Below, in pieces: positions 18,031 to 26,249 of a DNA stretch of 64,000 bases (positions are counted from its first letter, which is position 1; the number at the start of each line of letters is the position of its first letter). The translations under genes and the position numbers were made by a program. The stretch comes from a virus: the IMG/VR virus record IMGVR_UViG_3300034031_000046, positions 1-64,000 of that record; one strand, written 5' to 3'. A model generated the notes under the pieces. That model was not told where the DNA came from and did no database searches. It saw nothing but the letters and a program-made list of their open reading frames with translations.

Positions 18031-18291
18031 ATGCAGCACAAAGGAACACAGCCACGACGATGGAAAGTCGGCAGTACGGTCGTCGTGCTCAGAGGCGTGC
18101 AGGCCGGACGAGTCGGAGAAATCATCTGTATTCAACCGGCCTCGCGACGCGCGGGCGATAGCGCCAGTCCGTTCCCGATCTGTGTTGCCTTCGCCGACGG
18201 CCACAATCCGGCGGAATTCAGCTTCACCGCCGATAACCTCGCCCCGTCTGAGCCCGGTGCACCGGGCTGGAAGAAACGGGGACAACAATAA
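18031..18291 (+). CDS. hypothetical protein (KOW/SH3-like?)
   Basis: AGGAAAG upstream of the ATG. Contains the WKVGSTVVVLRGVQAGRVGEI pattern. Confidence 0.45.
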   Translation: MQHKGTQPRRWKVGSTVVVLRGVQAGRVGEIICIQPASRRAGDSASPFPICVAFADGHNPAEFSFTADNLAPSEPGAPGWKKRGQQ

Positions 18292-18293
18292 TC

Positions 18294-18309
18294 GTGCACC
18301 ACAGTGCAC
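18294..18309. promoter_or_regulatory. GTGCAC-CACA-GTGCAC palindrome (variant spacer)
   Basis: Ends 2 nt before the AAGGA RBS of the TerL-like gene. Confidence 0.7.
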
Positions 18310-18320
18310 AAAAGGATTTT

Positions 18321-19841
18321 ATGGACTCTAACTCAACTCGTAGCACCAACTCGCAAGATGCGGCGGCGGAGGAACGCCGCGAAGCATGTCTAGTTGCCGA
18401 ACTTAACGACCCGTATATCCATGTCGTCGGCATCAATTGCTCGGCTGAGGTTCGCCTGCCCTACCTGTTCTCTTCTGATGTTGCGATCGCTCACGCAGTG
18501 GACGGTGTGCTGCAGACACAAGCTGCGATGGAGAAAACCGAACCGCCGACTCATTTTCGGATTTCCCAAAAGGGGCGACCGACCTTCACCTACAAGGTCG
18601 GCTCGTTGGCGAAGAAACGCACTCTCAAGGACTTGCCCATCGCACTGCAACAGGCAGAGCTGCTGAAAGATATTCAGACCGTTTCAAAATCGGATGCGAT
18701 CAAACACGATGACATTCTCCGAATCGACGAGGGCTTTCGCACGATTCGCCAGTCTCTTCTGACTCTGAACGAGGATAGTTCGGCAGAGATAAAAGTAGAG
18801 ACGCCAGCCTCCGACCCGGTCCCCGACAACCCGGTTCCCGAGGCAGCGCCCGAGCAGCCGTCGCTCTCGTATCGCATTGTCAAAGGTCCTGTCATCGTCA
18901 CGCGCATCGTCTCCCCCGCTGAGGCGGAAGAGAAAGAAACTTTTCGCGCGTTCGTCACGCGGGTTCATCCCAAATTCCAGTGGCATAAGCACGCCAACGT
19001 GATTGCCGATGTGCTGCAAAGTGTTGCCGATGGCAGGCGCCAGCGCGTGATGGTGCTGGGCGGCCCGCGCCTTGGACTTTCCACCCTCTCGCGCCTCTTT
19101 TCTGCTTATTACCTGACACGTCATTATCGAAATCACGTCGGCATCTTCAATCCGCCGGGTGAGTTAGCAAGCTACTCTGCAGCACGCGCGCGTGCATTCT
19201 ATGGCGCATCGCTGCAGCAGCCCTTCGAAGGTAAATGGGAAGAAAACAACGCCGGTGGCTTCATTAGGGGATGGGGAGTCGGAGGAGCCCTGACAGGGAA
19301 CAGACTCGACCTTGCTGTTATCGATGCACCGAGCAAAATCAGCGATAGTGAACAAGACAAGGAATTGGTGTACGAGTGGTATCAAAATGTGCTGAGCCTC
19401 CGTGTGGAGGATGCAGGTGCCATTGTCCTCTTTACCCCGCGTCTAACCGGGACCGATCTCGTGGACCGGCTGGCGAATGAGGACGAAAAGAAACTCAAGC
19501 ACGGCGAGCAGGCCGAGCAGTGGCACGTCGTGGAACTGCCCGAAATCGCTGAACGCGAAAAAGCGGTCTATCCGGCCACCTGGACCGTGGAACCGGACTG
19601 GCGTGTGCCGGGCGAACCGCTGCGCACCGACATCGACCTGATGCGCCTGTATTGTAGCCTGGGTCCCGCGAAATTCGCCGCTCTCTATCAGCAGCGACCG
19701 CAGAAGTCTGGGCTGCCGCCGTGCTTGCGCGACTTCATGGATTTTCTGGGAAGCAAAGGTGCTGTCAAACAGCAGGTAACGATTCTGGAAGCAATTGCTG
19801 TCCATCTGGCTACCGGCGCCTTTCTCAACGAGACACGGTAG
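18321..19841 (+). CDS. terminase-large-subunit-like protein (ATPase-domain homologue, degenerate motifs, no nuclease domain evident)
   Basis: VMVLGGPRLGLSTL, LDLAVIDAPSK, IVLFTPRLTGTDLVDRL, WHVVELPEIAE and FAALYQQRP follow the order of TerL ATPase-domain blocks. Lies upstream of the portal. AAGGATTTT-ATG start. Confidence 0.5.
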   Translation: MDSNSTRSTNSQDAAAEERREACLVAELNDPYIHVVGINCSAEVRLPYLFSSDVAIAHAVDGVLQTQAAMEKTEPPTHFRISQKGRPTFTYKVGSLAKKRTLKDLPIALQQAELLKDIQTVSKSDAIKHDDILRIDEGFRTIRQSLLTLNEDSSAEIKVETPASDPVPDNPVPEAAPEQPSLSYRIVKGPVIVTRIVSPAEAEEKETFRAFVTRVHPKFQWHKHANVIADVLQSVADGRRQRVMVLGGPRLGLSTLSRLFSAYYLTRHYRNHVGIFNPPGELASYSAARARAFYGASLQQPFEGKWEENNAGGFIRGWGVGGALTGNRLDLAVIDAPSKISDSEQDKELVYEWYQNVLSLRVEDAGAIVLFTPRLTGTDLVDRLANEDEKKLKHGEQAEQWHVVELPEIAEREKAVYPATWTVEPDWRVPGEPLRTDIDLMRLYCSLGPAKFAALYQQRPQKSGLPPCLRDFMDFLGSKGAVKQQVTILEAIAVHLATGAFLNETR

Positions 19842-19862
19842 AACCTTCGAGATTGCGCAGAT

Positions 19863-19891
19863 TTTACCGGAGAGGGCGCCTATGTTAGAAT
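19863..19891 (+). promoter_or_regulatory. extended -10 promoter (TTTACC-17-TGtTAGAAT)
   Basis: TGn plus TAGAAT, with a 4/6 -35 match, just after the TerL-like stop. Confidence 0.45.
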
Positions 19892-19897
19892 GAGTTC

Positions 19898-20004
19898 AAC
19901 GCCGGTCCTCTCCTCCAACGCTCGTTCCCTCAACCGTTTTTAATCGCATAACCAAATTCAGGCCCGCAGCCGCCCTTTTCACGAAGGGCGGCTGCTTTGT
20001 TTTT
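19898..20004 (+). ncRNA. candidate short CU-rich transcript / leader (about 105 nt)
   Basis: Runs between the promoter at 19863 and the terminator at 19966. Contains CCUCUCCUCC (anti-SD-like). Confidence 0.3.
19966..20004 (+). terminator. rho-independent terminator
   Basis: Perfect 12-bp stem GCAGCCGCCCTT/AAGGGCGGCTGC, 6-nt loop, then TTTGTTTTT. Confidence 0.85.
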
Positions 20005-20040
20005 GGTTTCGTTCTCGGAGTCTTTCCATCGAGGTGCCCT

Positions 20041-20415
20041 GTGAGTCATTTGTTGCACAATCCCCTGTCCCACCGTAACGAAGTTGCCGCCGACGCCCAA
20101 GACCCAACGGTCGAATACATCAGCGAGCACGGTGGCGACCTTGATCTTTCCAGTGCCGACGAAGCGCGTTTGTTGATCGAATACACCGACGGCACTCCGG
20201 TCGCTCCCAGTCTCGTACTGCGCCCGTTCTGGAAGTGGAACGACCCCGAGCCGAAGTTCTACGCCGGTGAAGCGCTCCCGGAGATCACCGAAGTGGGAGC
20301 CTTTGTCGTCTCGATTCCCGCTCTGGGACCGCGCCTGTTCGTCAAGATCGAGACGCTGGACGGAACCACGCCGCGCTGTAACATCCGCGTCGTCCCGGTT
20401 TTCAAGCGTCCCTGA
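20041..20415 (+). CDS. hypothetical protein
   Basis: GTG start with GAGGTG 4 nt upstream, directly after the terminator at 19966-20004. Confidence 0.5.
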   Translation: MSHLLHNPLSHRNEVAADAQDPTVEYISEHGGDLDLSSADEARLLIEYTDGTPVAPSLVLRPFWKWNDPEPKFYAGEALPEITEVGAFVVSIPALGPRLFVKIETLDGTTPRCNIRVVPVFKRP

Positions 20416-20513
20416 TGCACTGCGTCGAAAACAGAATCGATGCTGACCCCACACCGCGCCGCTAGGGCGTGTGCCACCAAGGCGTATGACGCTGCGGCGG
20501 CTACTTTCCATCT

Positions 20514-22958
20514 ATGAGCGAGTCCACCTCTTCTTCGAGCACCAACGCACCAGAAACCAATGCCAACGGAATGATCACGCTGTCCGAGCGTGCGTTCGTC
20601 GAGCTCGCGGCAGGTGCCGAGCGTGCCGGCCAACCCGCGTTGATGGAAAAGTATTTCGACAAGGCGGTCGAGGCCAGTGTCAACGGCGGAACGGCTCAAC
20701 TCGAAATGCCGCGCCACATGATGATGACCAACGACCCGTCACCAACGGGCCACGCGGCAACGGGTTACCCGCAGGAAGTGCTGCCGCGCATCGATCGCGA
20801 TTCGCCCATCGTGAAAGCCATCGTTGCCAATGGCTACAGCCCGCGCCCTGTTCCGTATCGCGTCAACGATGCACTCATGACGCTCGGGCACTACAACGGC
20901 ATTCGCGACCTCAGTCAGGCCACGTCCAAGACGTTCCAGATGCTGAAAAAAGTGAGTGAGTTTCCGCTCATCGATGCCATCATCGGCTACAAGATCGCCG
21001 AAATTGACCCGTTTCTTTCTCAGCCGACCAACAAGAAAAAGTACGGCTTCGAGATTCGTCAGAAGAACCGCAAGGCCCCCGTCACCCGCCGCTCGCGCAA
21101 GCGCTGCGAAGACCTGACGCACCTGATGCTTCACGGCGGCTTCATGAATCTGCCCGACGGCACGCGTCGCTGCCATCCCCAGACCGGTGAGCCCGGCTGC
21201 TGGGATGGTCTGGGGCTGGAAAAGGCCGTACCGCTGCGCCAGTTCGGCGCGAGCTTTATTCGTGACTCGTTTTCGATGGACTGGGCGTGCGCGCGCACCG
21301 AACCGGGTGGCGACCCACGCGCCTATCCCGTGGTGTTTTTTGCTCCGGTCGCCAGCGAAATGATTCGACGCACCGTCCGTGACCGCTACCAGCCCGATAT
21401 GCTGCCCGACGGGACCTTTGTCGAATACGTGGAAATGAATCCCGGCATGGATGGGCGCGTGGTGCGCGAGTTTCCGTGGACGCACATGTTCTCGATGGTG
21501 CGTCGTCCCCGCACCGACTTTTACGGGCGTGGCTATGGCTTCTCGGAAATCGAAGTTCTGCTGCGCGAAATCGCCTCGCTCCAGTTGAATCTCCAGTTCC
21601 AGAAATCGTTCTTTGACGAGAACCATATCCCGCCCGGTTTCCTGCAAATCAACGGCATGCCTGCCGATATCGACGATCAGGCAATGGACGAAATCCGCCG
21701 CAAGTTCTCCCAGTTCGGCGGTCCCGGCGCGATGTGGAAACTGTGGCTCCTGCTCTTCCCGCCTGGCTCGGAAGGCAAGGCCGAGTTCGTCGCAATGCGT
21801 GACCAGATGGGCGCCGTCCAGACGCTGCAATACAGCCTGCAAGGATTCATTCACATTCTGAATATCGTGACCTCAGTCTTCCAGATGAACCCCGAAGCGA
21901 TTGGCTTTGAGGGGCTGAAGATTCAGGCGACGGCACTCAATGGCGAAGACCCCGCCACGGCTCTGGCGCACTCCAACGACAAGAGCCGTATGTCCACGCT
22001 GGGCAATCTCGAAACGCTGTTCACCGAACACATCATCGAACGCTACGACCCCGATTTCGAATTCGGGTTTGTCGGAGCGGAGTCCCACGATCAGAAAGCC
22101 GAGGACGATCATGTTCAGGTTCTGATGTCACGCGGCTTTCCCCAGAACAAAATCGCCGATCTCAACGATGAGGACCATCTCAAAATCGCGCTGCACCCGG
22201 ACCTGTATGATGCCGTTATCGCCGAATGCGACGAAGAAAAGTTCGACTCACCCTCGGACATGCAGCGCCATATCGAAACCGAATACACGAAGCGCTTCGA
22301 AAAGATCGTTGGCACGGTTGAAGAAGGCTTTTCACCTTGGTGCGATTCACCCAATGCACCTACGGGCAATCCCGAGTCGATGAAAATCTACACCGAAAAT
22401 CGGGGCCGCGTCCTGCAGCAGATTCAAACGAAACAGATGCAGGCCAAAATGGAAGAGTTGGGCCTGCCCAAGGGCATGGACCTCCAGTCGGCGCAACAGA
22501 TGCAGGCGATGGGCTACGAGGTTCCCGGTCTGCCCTCGATGCAGCCGCAGGAGGGCGAGGGAGGCGAGGAAGAAGACCCGAATGAATCCGCTGTCCGGTC
22601 CGCGTTTGGTGGAGCCGCACCGGGACAGGCCACAGGACAGGAACCCGGAGGGAAGCAGGGCGCGCAGGGGGGCGCTCCCTCGGGTCAGGCACAGTCGATG
22701 AAGAAACCACCGGCGCTGCCGCCAGCCCTTCAGTCGCTCACCGAACGCCCGCAAGACGAAGACGAAACCGCTGACGACGACAAGAAGGACAAAGGCGGAA
22801 TGCGCCCTCCACGCCCCAAGACTCGCCCGGCGATGACACCGGCGATGAAGCCCACAAAGCGAAGCGCCGCCGCCTCGCTGAAAAAGGCCGAAGACTTTGC
22901 TCCAAACGACTTTGCGTCGGGCGCACGCGTGATTGAAGTCGTAATTCGTCGCTCCTAA
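20514..22958 (+). CDS. portal protein (putative)
   Basis: 814 aa downstream of the TerL-like gene. Central FYGRGYGFSEIE..FDENHIPPGFLQINGM..DEIRRKF resembles portal core blocks. Gly/Gln/Pro-rich basic C-tail. Confidence 0.65.
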   Translation: MSESTSSSSTNAPETNANGMITLSERAFVELAAGAERAGQPALMEKYFDKAVEASVNGGTAQLEMPRHMMMTNDPSPTGHAATGYPQEVLPRIDRDSPIVKAIVANGYSPRPVPYRVNDALMTLGHYNGIRDLSQATSKTFQMLKKVSEFPLIDAIIGYKIAEIDPFLSQPTNKKKYGFEIRQKNRKAPVTRRSRKRCEDLTHLMLHGGFMNLPDGTRRCHPQTGEPGCWDGLGLEKAVPLRQFGASFIRDSFSMDWACARTEPGGDPRAYPVVFFAPVASEMIRRTVRDRYQPDMLPDGTFVEYVEMNPGMDGRVVREFPWTHMFSMVRRPRTDFYGRGYGFSEIEVLLREIASLQLNLQFQKSFFDENHIPPGFLQINGMPADIDDQAMDEIRRKFSQFGGPGAMWKLWLLLFPPGSEGKAEFVAMRDQMGAVQTLQYSLQGFIHILNIVTSVFQMNPEAIGFEGLKIQATALNGEDPATALAHSNDKSRMSTLGNLETLFTEHIIERYDPDFEFGFVGAESHDQKAEDDHVQVLMSRGFPQNKIADLNDEDHLKIALHPDLYDAVIAECDEEKFDSPSDMQRHIETEYTKRFEKIVGTVEEGFSPWCDSPNAPTGNPESMKIYTENRGRVLQQIQTKQMQAKMEELGLPKGMDLQSAQQMQAMGYEVPGLPSMQPQEGEGGEEEDPNESAVRSAFGGAAPGQATGQEPGGKQGAQGGAPSGQAQSMKKPPALPPALQSLTERPQDEDETADDDKKDKGGMRPPRPKTRPAMTPAMKPTKRSAAASLKKAEDFAPNDFASGARVIEVVIRRS

Positions 22959-22964
22959 TTTTCC

Positions 22965-22994
22965 GCACCCGGCTCCAATGAACCGGGTGCTTTT
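22965..22994 (+). terminator. rho-independent terminator after the portal gene
   Basis: GCACCCGG/CCGGGTGC stem, 10-nt loop, TTTT. Confidence 0.55.
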
Positions 22995-23298
22995 CCGGTA
23001 TCCCTTGAACACCGATGCGTTTACTCCGCCCCCGCATTCATCCCCCTCACCCGTTGAGCCGGAGGAAGGCGGGGCTCATGCCGATGGCTCGCTCGACTAT
23101 GACCATTGGCAGACCCGCACCCGCTTCCAGTCGCTCGGTCATATCTGCGGCTACTGGGGCGATGTGGAGCCGTTGATGGACCTTTTCCGCTCATTCTCTC
23201 TAACCCGTAACGAAACGCCCGCGATGTGCCTGAGCCTTGCAATGGGAGGCTGGGAGCCGTGGCGTGTCTTTTATCAGCAGTATCTTCGCACGCCCTGA
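22978..23298 (+). CDS. hypothetical protein (doubtful)
   Basis: 106-aa ORF of protein-like composition, but its ATG sits in the loop of the terminator hairpin at 22965-22994. Confidence 0.35.
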   Translation: MNRVLFRYPLNTDAFTPPPHSSPSPVEPEEGGAHADGSLDYDHWQTRTRFQSLGHICGYWGDVEPLMDLFRSFSLTRNETPAMCLSLAMGGWEPWRVFYQQYLRTP

Positions 23299-23342
23299 GA
23301 ACACTCCCAGTGTTCACGGCGGATGAAGTTCAGAGGCTCGTT

Positions 23343-24821
23343 ATGTCCCGTTCGAAGAAGTCCACTCCACAGCAGGCGACGCCCAAAACAGTCCGGCGCA
23401 CCAACCCGTCCGGCTGCGGTCGCCCGATCAGCGCCAACTCAAAATTCCGCAAGCTCGCGAGTGAACCGTGGTTCAAGCTGGCACTGGAATCCGAAACCGT
23501 GAGCGCGATTCACAAGCGGCTGGAATCGCACGGCTACGTGTACGAAACCGTGCGCGCAGCAGCGGCTCTTGTCCGTGAAACCAACCCCACGATGGCCGCC
23601 CCGAGCGTCATGCCTCCCGAGTTCACCGGCGAACCTGACGACGCTCCTGCCGGAGAGGCAGAGGAGAAAATCTCCGACGAAGACGAAAACGAGGCCGAAC
23701 CAATCGACCCTGCGGCCACGCGCGCGTCGTTCGATGTCAAGGGCAATAGCGCTGTCGGCAGATCAATCAGCGCGGACATTCGCACGATTGAGGATTTCGT
23801 CACTTATCTCGAAGTCGATACCACCATCTGGCGTGTTAAGGATTGGCGTGCCAAGAAATGGGACGGCTACATCAAGAACAAATCGAAGGAAATTGAGACG
23901 CGCCCTCTTTTCGCCCTCGATGCCAAGTTCGAGCGATTGGTCGCGATTGACGACGCGCGCAGTGAAATCGCCCTCATGGTCGAGGAAGCCAAGGCCGCGA
24001 TGCCGTTTTATCAGCCCGTGGTCCGCCCGGCCCGCACGACGCCCGGCCACCTGCTCGAAATCTCGATTTTCGACCCGCACTTCGGCAAGCTGGCGTGGAA
24101 TCCTGAAACCCGCCACGGCTCCTACGATGTCAACATCGCCGAGCGCGTTTTCTTTGCGGCGCTCGAAGACCTGCTGAACAAGGCGTCGGGCTGTTCGATT
24201 TCACAGGTGCTGCTGCCTCTGGGCAATGACCTGCTCAATACGGACAACCTTGAAGGCAAGACAACCGCCGGCACACCGCAGAGCACCGATGGCCGCCAGA
24301 TTCGCACCTTTACCCGCGTGCGCCAGACGATGGTCGCAGCGATTGAACGCGCGCGCCAGATCGCCCCTGTACACGTCAAGATGGTGCCCGGCAACCATGA
24401 CCGGCTCAGCGTCTTTCACCTCGGTGAAGCGCTGGAAATGCGCTTCCATAACTGCGACGACGTGGTGATCGACAACACGCCACCCAACCGCAAGTACTAC
24501 GAGTGGGGCCGCAACATGCTGCTCTTCACCCATGGCGACAAGCCCAAGCCCGCCGAACTGCACAGCGTCGCAGCGGCGGAAGAACCGCAGATGTGGGGAC
24601 GCACCCGCTTCCGCGAGGCGCATATCGGCCACATGCACAAAACAGCGCTCGACGAAAAGCATGGCTTTCGCGTGCGCACGATTGCCGCTCTCTGTCCGGC
24701 GGACGGATGGCACTCGGAGAACGGGTATATCGGCAACGTGCGCAGTGCCGAGGCTTTTCTTTACAGCCGCGACAACGGCATGGAAGGCTCCTTCGTTCAC
24801 AACGTACCCGAAGAAGAATAG
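23343..24821 (+). CDS. calcineurin-like metallophosphoesterase
   Basis: LPLGNDLLN, VPGNHD, FTHGD and GHMHK occur in the canonical order of metallophosphatase motifs. Start at MSRSKK. Confidence 0.75.
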   Translation: MSRSKKSTPQQATPKTVRRTNPSGCGRPISANSKFRKLASEPWFKLALESETVSAIHKRLESHGYVYETVRAAAALVRETNPTMAAPSVMPPEFTGEPDDAPAGEAEEKISDEDENEAEPIDPAATRASFDVKGNSAVGRSISADIRTIEDFVTYLEVDTTIWRVKDWRAKKWDGYIKNKSKEIETRPLFALDAKFERLVAIDDARSEIALMVEEAKAAMPFYQPVVRPARTTPGHLLEISIFDPHFGKLAWNPETRHGSYDVNIAERVFFAALEDLLNKASGCSISQVLLPLGNDLLNTDNLEGKTTAGTPQSTDGRQIRTFTRVRQTMVAAIERARQIAPVHVKMVPGNHDRLSVFHLGEALEMRFHNCDDVVIDNTPPNRKYYEWGRNMLLFTHGDKPKPAELHSVAAAEEPQMWGRTRFREAHIGHMHKTALDEKHGFRVRTIAALCPADGWHSENGYIGNVRSAEAFLYSRDNGMEGSFVHNVPEEE

Positions 24822-24873
24822 TCGGGAAGAGTAGTCGGCCCGCTGACCGATACGTATAGCGGAAATGTATAAC

Positions 24874-24915
24874 GGGACGGCGTTGCCTGTGCTAAAATGA
24901 GGGCAACGCCGTCCC
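24874..24915 (+). promoter_or_regulatory. extended -10 (TGcTAAAAT at 24890-24898) in the loop of a perfect 14-bp inverted repeat
   Basis: GGGACGGCGTTGCC..GGCAACGCCGTCCC. The loop and right arm resemble 19876-19905. Confidence 0.5.
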
Positions 24916-24934
24916 CCTGCCCACCCACCCGTTT

Positions 24935-24945
24935 TCGACCGTACT
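24935..24945 (+). repeat. TCGACCGTACT half-site
   Basis: Exact 11-mer, intergenic, 43 nt before the ATG at 24989. Confidence 0.9.
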
Positions 24946-24988
24946 CTGTTCCGCGCGAAAGTTTTGCGTGACGGAGAACAAGGAATTT

Positions 24989-25594
24989 ATGAACCCAACC
25001 ACTCCCTCGCGCGCCATTGTCGGCGTCGATGCCGATGGCGTCCTGTTCGATTTCAACGGCGCGATGCAGGCGCTTTTCCTCAGTCACTATGGCATCGAGT
25101 ACCCGCTCGACGCGATCACGGCATGGGATTACACCGACTGTCTGCCGGTGACGCAGGAGCAGTTTCAGTTCTGTTTTGAACGGCTGATGCGCTACGAGTG
25201 CGAGCAAATGCCCCTTGTTCCCGGTGCCGTCGAGGGCATGAAATGGCTGGCGATGGCCGCTGGCGCGGACCAGTGGGTGATTACCGCACGCCCCGACTAC
25301 TCCTATGCAGCAACCAAATGGGCGCTGCGCCATCACGGCGTGCCGCACAGCGCCCTGATTTTCGCGGACGATAAAACCGAGTTCGCGGATGTGCTTTGCT
25401 GCATGATCGAAGACAAGGCCCAGACCGCGATGGAATTTGCCGAACTCGGCGTTCCCGTTGTGCTCCTTGACTATCCGCACAATCGCGACGCGGCGCATCC
25501 GCTCATCACGCGGGTGAGCAACTGGCCTGAAGTGTTCGTCGCGGCGAGTTGCCACGTTAAGGCTTACCAAGAACGGGACTTCGCTCTCGTCTGA
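24989..25594 (+). CDS. 5'(3')-deoxyribonucleotidase (NT5C-type HAD)
   Basis: VGVDADGVLFDFNG nucleophile motif and MIEDK..LLDYPHNRD tail. AAGGAATTT-ATG start. Confidence 0.7.
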   Translation: MNPTTPSRAIVGVDADGVLFDFNGAMQALFLSHYGIEYPLDAITAWDYTDCLPVTQEQFQFCFERLMRYECEQMPLVPGAVEGMKWLAMAAGADQWVITARPDYSYAATKWALRHHGVPHSALIFADDKTEFADVLCCMIEDKAQTAMEFAELGVPVVLLDYPHNRDAAHPLITRVSNWPEVFVAASCHVKAYQERDFALV

Positions 25595-25616
25595 CCCTAA
25601 TTTTCTGAGGATACCC

Positions 25617-26249
25617 ATGTACCTGATTGGACTCACCGGAACCGCTCGTCACGGCAAAGACACCGTTTACACCATCCTCGTGGAGATCTTCCTGCGCTAC
25701 ACACAGGCGAAAGGTTTGCCTCCCGCCGATATTCCACCTGCTACCTTTATTCGGCGCTATGCCATCGCCGACCGGCTCAAGATGGAAGTGGCCGCCGCGT
25801 GGGGCGTCACCCTCGAAGAAATCAACGCCAATAAAGATTTCTGGCGTCCCCTGCTTCAGGCGTGGGGTAACACCAAGCGTGTGACGCATGGCGAAAACTG
25901 CTGGCTGGACCAGGTCGAGCATCAAATTGAGAAGGACCGGCCCCAGATCGCCATTATCACCGACGTGAGTTACCCCAACGAATTCGCGTGGTGCCGCGTG
26001 AAGTACGCTGGCGTGGTCTGGCGCGTCTTGCGCCCCGGCGTCCCCGCGCCCAACAACCACGCCACTGAGCACGGGCGGGCCAACGAACCGGTCGAGTACA
26101 CGATTGTCAACGACGGAACCATCAACGATCTCCGCATCGCCGTGGCGGTCGCTCTGGATGAATGGACCAATCGTTATCACGACATTCCGCCTGCCAATGG
26201 TGCAAGGACTGAAGCCGCAGCCTCTTCCGCAGGCGCGCCCTCCGCATGA
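25617..26249 (+). CDS. deoxynucleoside monophosphate kinase-like P-loop protein
   Basis: MYLIGLTGTARHGKDTV P-loop at the extreme N-terminus, as in phage dNMP kinases. GAGGA RBS. Confidence 0.6.
   Translation: MYLIGLTGTARHGKDTVYTILVEIFLRYTQAKGLPPADIPPATFIRRYAIADRLKMEVAAAWGVTLEEINANKDFWRPLLQAWGNTKRVTHGENCWLDQVEHQIEKDRPQIAIITDVSYPNEFAWCRVKYAGVVWRVLRPGVPAPNNHATEHGRANEPVEYTIVNDGTINDLRIAVAVALDEWTNRYHDIPPANGARTEAAASSAGAPSA

Noticed and set aside
18254-18267. The 14-bp perfect palindrome CCCGGTGCACCGGG near the end of gene 18031-18291.
   Set aside because: It is a single copy inside coding sequence. It shares only the GTGCAC core with the 16-mer family, so it may be coincidental.
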